The position numbers and the translations under genes are program-made. Positions 42,232-43,084 of a stretch of DNA of 43,084 bases are shown piece by piece (positions within the stretch are counted from its first letter, which is position 1; the number at the start of each line of letters is the position of its first letter). The stretch lies in the NCBI GenBank assembly GCA_041671585.1, contig JBAZBG010000001.1, forward strand, positions 1 to 43,084, read 5' to 3'. The stretch comes from Arenimonas sp. Lineage in GTDB: Bacteria; Pseudomonadota; Gammaproteobacteria; Xanthomonadales; Xanthomonadaceae. The notes under the pieces were generated by a model that saw only the letters and a list, made by a program, of their open reading frames with translations, did no database searches and was not told the DNA's origin.

Positions 42232-43084
42232 TACAAAACACCGCCGGTTTCATAGAGAATATTGAAGCCGTTAAGACGTATTGTCACATCGCCGGATGCC
42301 TGTTCATACCAATACGATGAACCCCATCGCGCTGTTCCCCACACCGCCGGACTGAAGGTAGGCCCCGTACTGGCGCGGAAGTGGATCGATGCGCATTGGC
42401 CTATCCCGTCAATGCTCGTCCAATTCGATATGTTGCGGCTCTCAATCGGATACACGTCGGTATCGTAAACCGCAGTATCGTAGAGCGCAGTTACATCGGT
42501 TGCCGTGGTCGGCGTGCCGAGCGTGGCGTTGTCCTTGAAGTCGGTGGAAATGCCGATTGCCGGGATGGAGGTGGCGTCGGTCGTGATAAGCGGCTGGATC
42601 AGCTTCCATTGCTTTAGCTGACCGCCCGACTTGAAATAACTGTAGGCGGTCTGTCCGATAGCGTCGATCGTGCCGTCATAATCGGAACCCGTGGTATCGG
42701 CCTGGAATATGCTGCCGCTATTGCCTCCGAAGTACAAATTTTCGTTGAAAACCGCCCAGCAATTGGCGTTCATGCCCGTGAACCTGCACCATGCCCCGGT
42801 CAGCGTGTTCATGACGTATTGGTGCTGAGTATCGTTCTCTGTAATGGGCACGTTTAGGACCGCCATCGTCCCTTTCGGATACGCCCTCAACTCCCAGCCG
42901 AAATTTGTTGAATACGATCGCGCCGCCTCGTTCATGGCGTTGTTGATGTTCTTGGTGATGGCGATGGCCGCCGCCGCTCCGCGATCCTGTCCCAGCCCTT
43001 TCGATAGAGGGAGAACTCCGTCGATATTGATGAGCGCAAGATCGCTCGCAACTTTGGTAAAGCAGCGCCTTCCAAGAGGAGAAC
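42231..43084 (-). CDS. Tail nozzle (gp10-like), C-terminal part
   Basis: QYVMNT.TGAWC.F; continues in frame from 905 across the junction. Confidence 0.75.
   Translation of the reverse strand, partial: SPLGRRCFTKVASDLALINIDGVLPLSKGLGQDRGAAAAIAITKNINNAMNEAARSYSTNFGWELRAYPKGTMAVLNVPITENDTQHQYVMNTLTGAWCRFTGMNANCWAVFNENLYFGGNSGSIFQADTTGSDYDGTIDAIGQTAYSYFKSGGQLKQWKLIQPLITTDATSIPAIGISTDFKDNATLGTPTTATDVTALYDTAVYDTDVYPIESRNISNWTSIDGIGQCASIHFRASTGPTFSPAVWGTARWGSSYWYEQASGDVTIRLNGFNILYETGGVL
42959..43084. repeat. Terminal direct repeat, copy 2
   Basis: Identical to 2-127. Confidence 0.95.

Overview
The window is a complete, circularly assembled temperate podovirus genome (bases 2-127 repeat exactly at 42959-43084; unit length about 42,957 bp). 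The likely host is a Hyphomicrobiales/Bradyrhizobium-like alphaproteobacterium, inferred from GapR, DUF6456-like and TIGR02594-like genes. The minus strand carries a cro/cII-replication-late activator operon followed by terS, terL, portal, scaffold, capsid, adaptor, a gp10-like nozzle that spans the contig junction, ejection proteins, two tail fibres and lysis genes. The plus strand carries cI, a PL operon (HNH, ERF, YqaJ, NinB), xis/int/attP and about 30 small accessory genes. Main points of interest: (1) a Maf/DUF115-type glycosyltransferase-methyltransferase fusion translationally coupled inside the head module, a candidate virion glycosylation system; (2) a ~120-nt tRNA-mimic cloverleaf between cro and cII, plus several other structured RNA candidates; (3) an intact IS1595 element with two passenger genes, whose antisense strand forms one open frame coupled to the interrupted operon; (4) an unannotated RHH repressor with three operator boxes controlling a Cys-rich microprotein cassette; (5) a possible GafY/GafZ-like activator pair. 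All protein family calls come from motif recognition by eye, not database searches.
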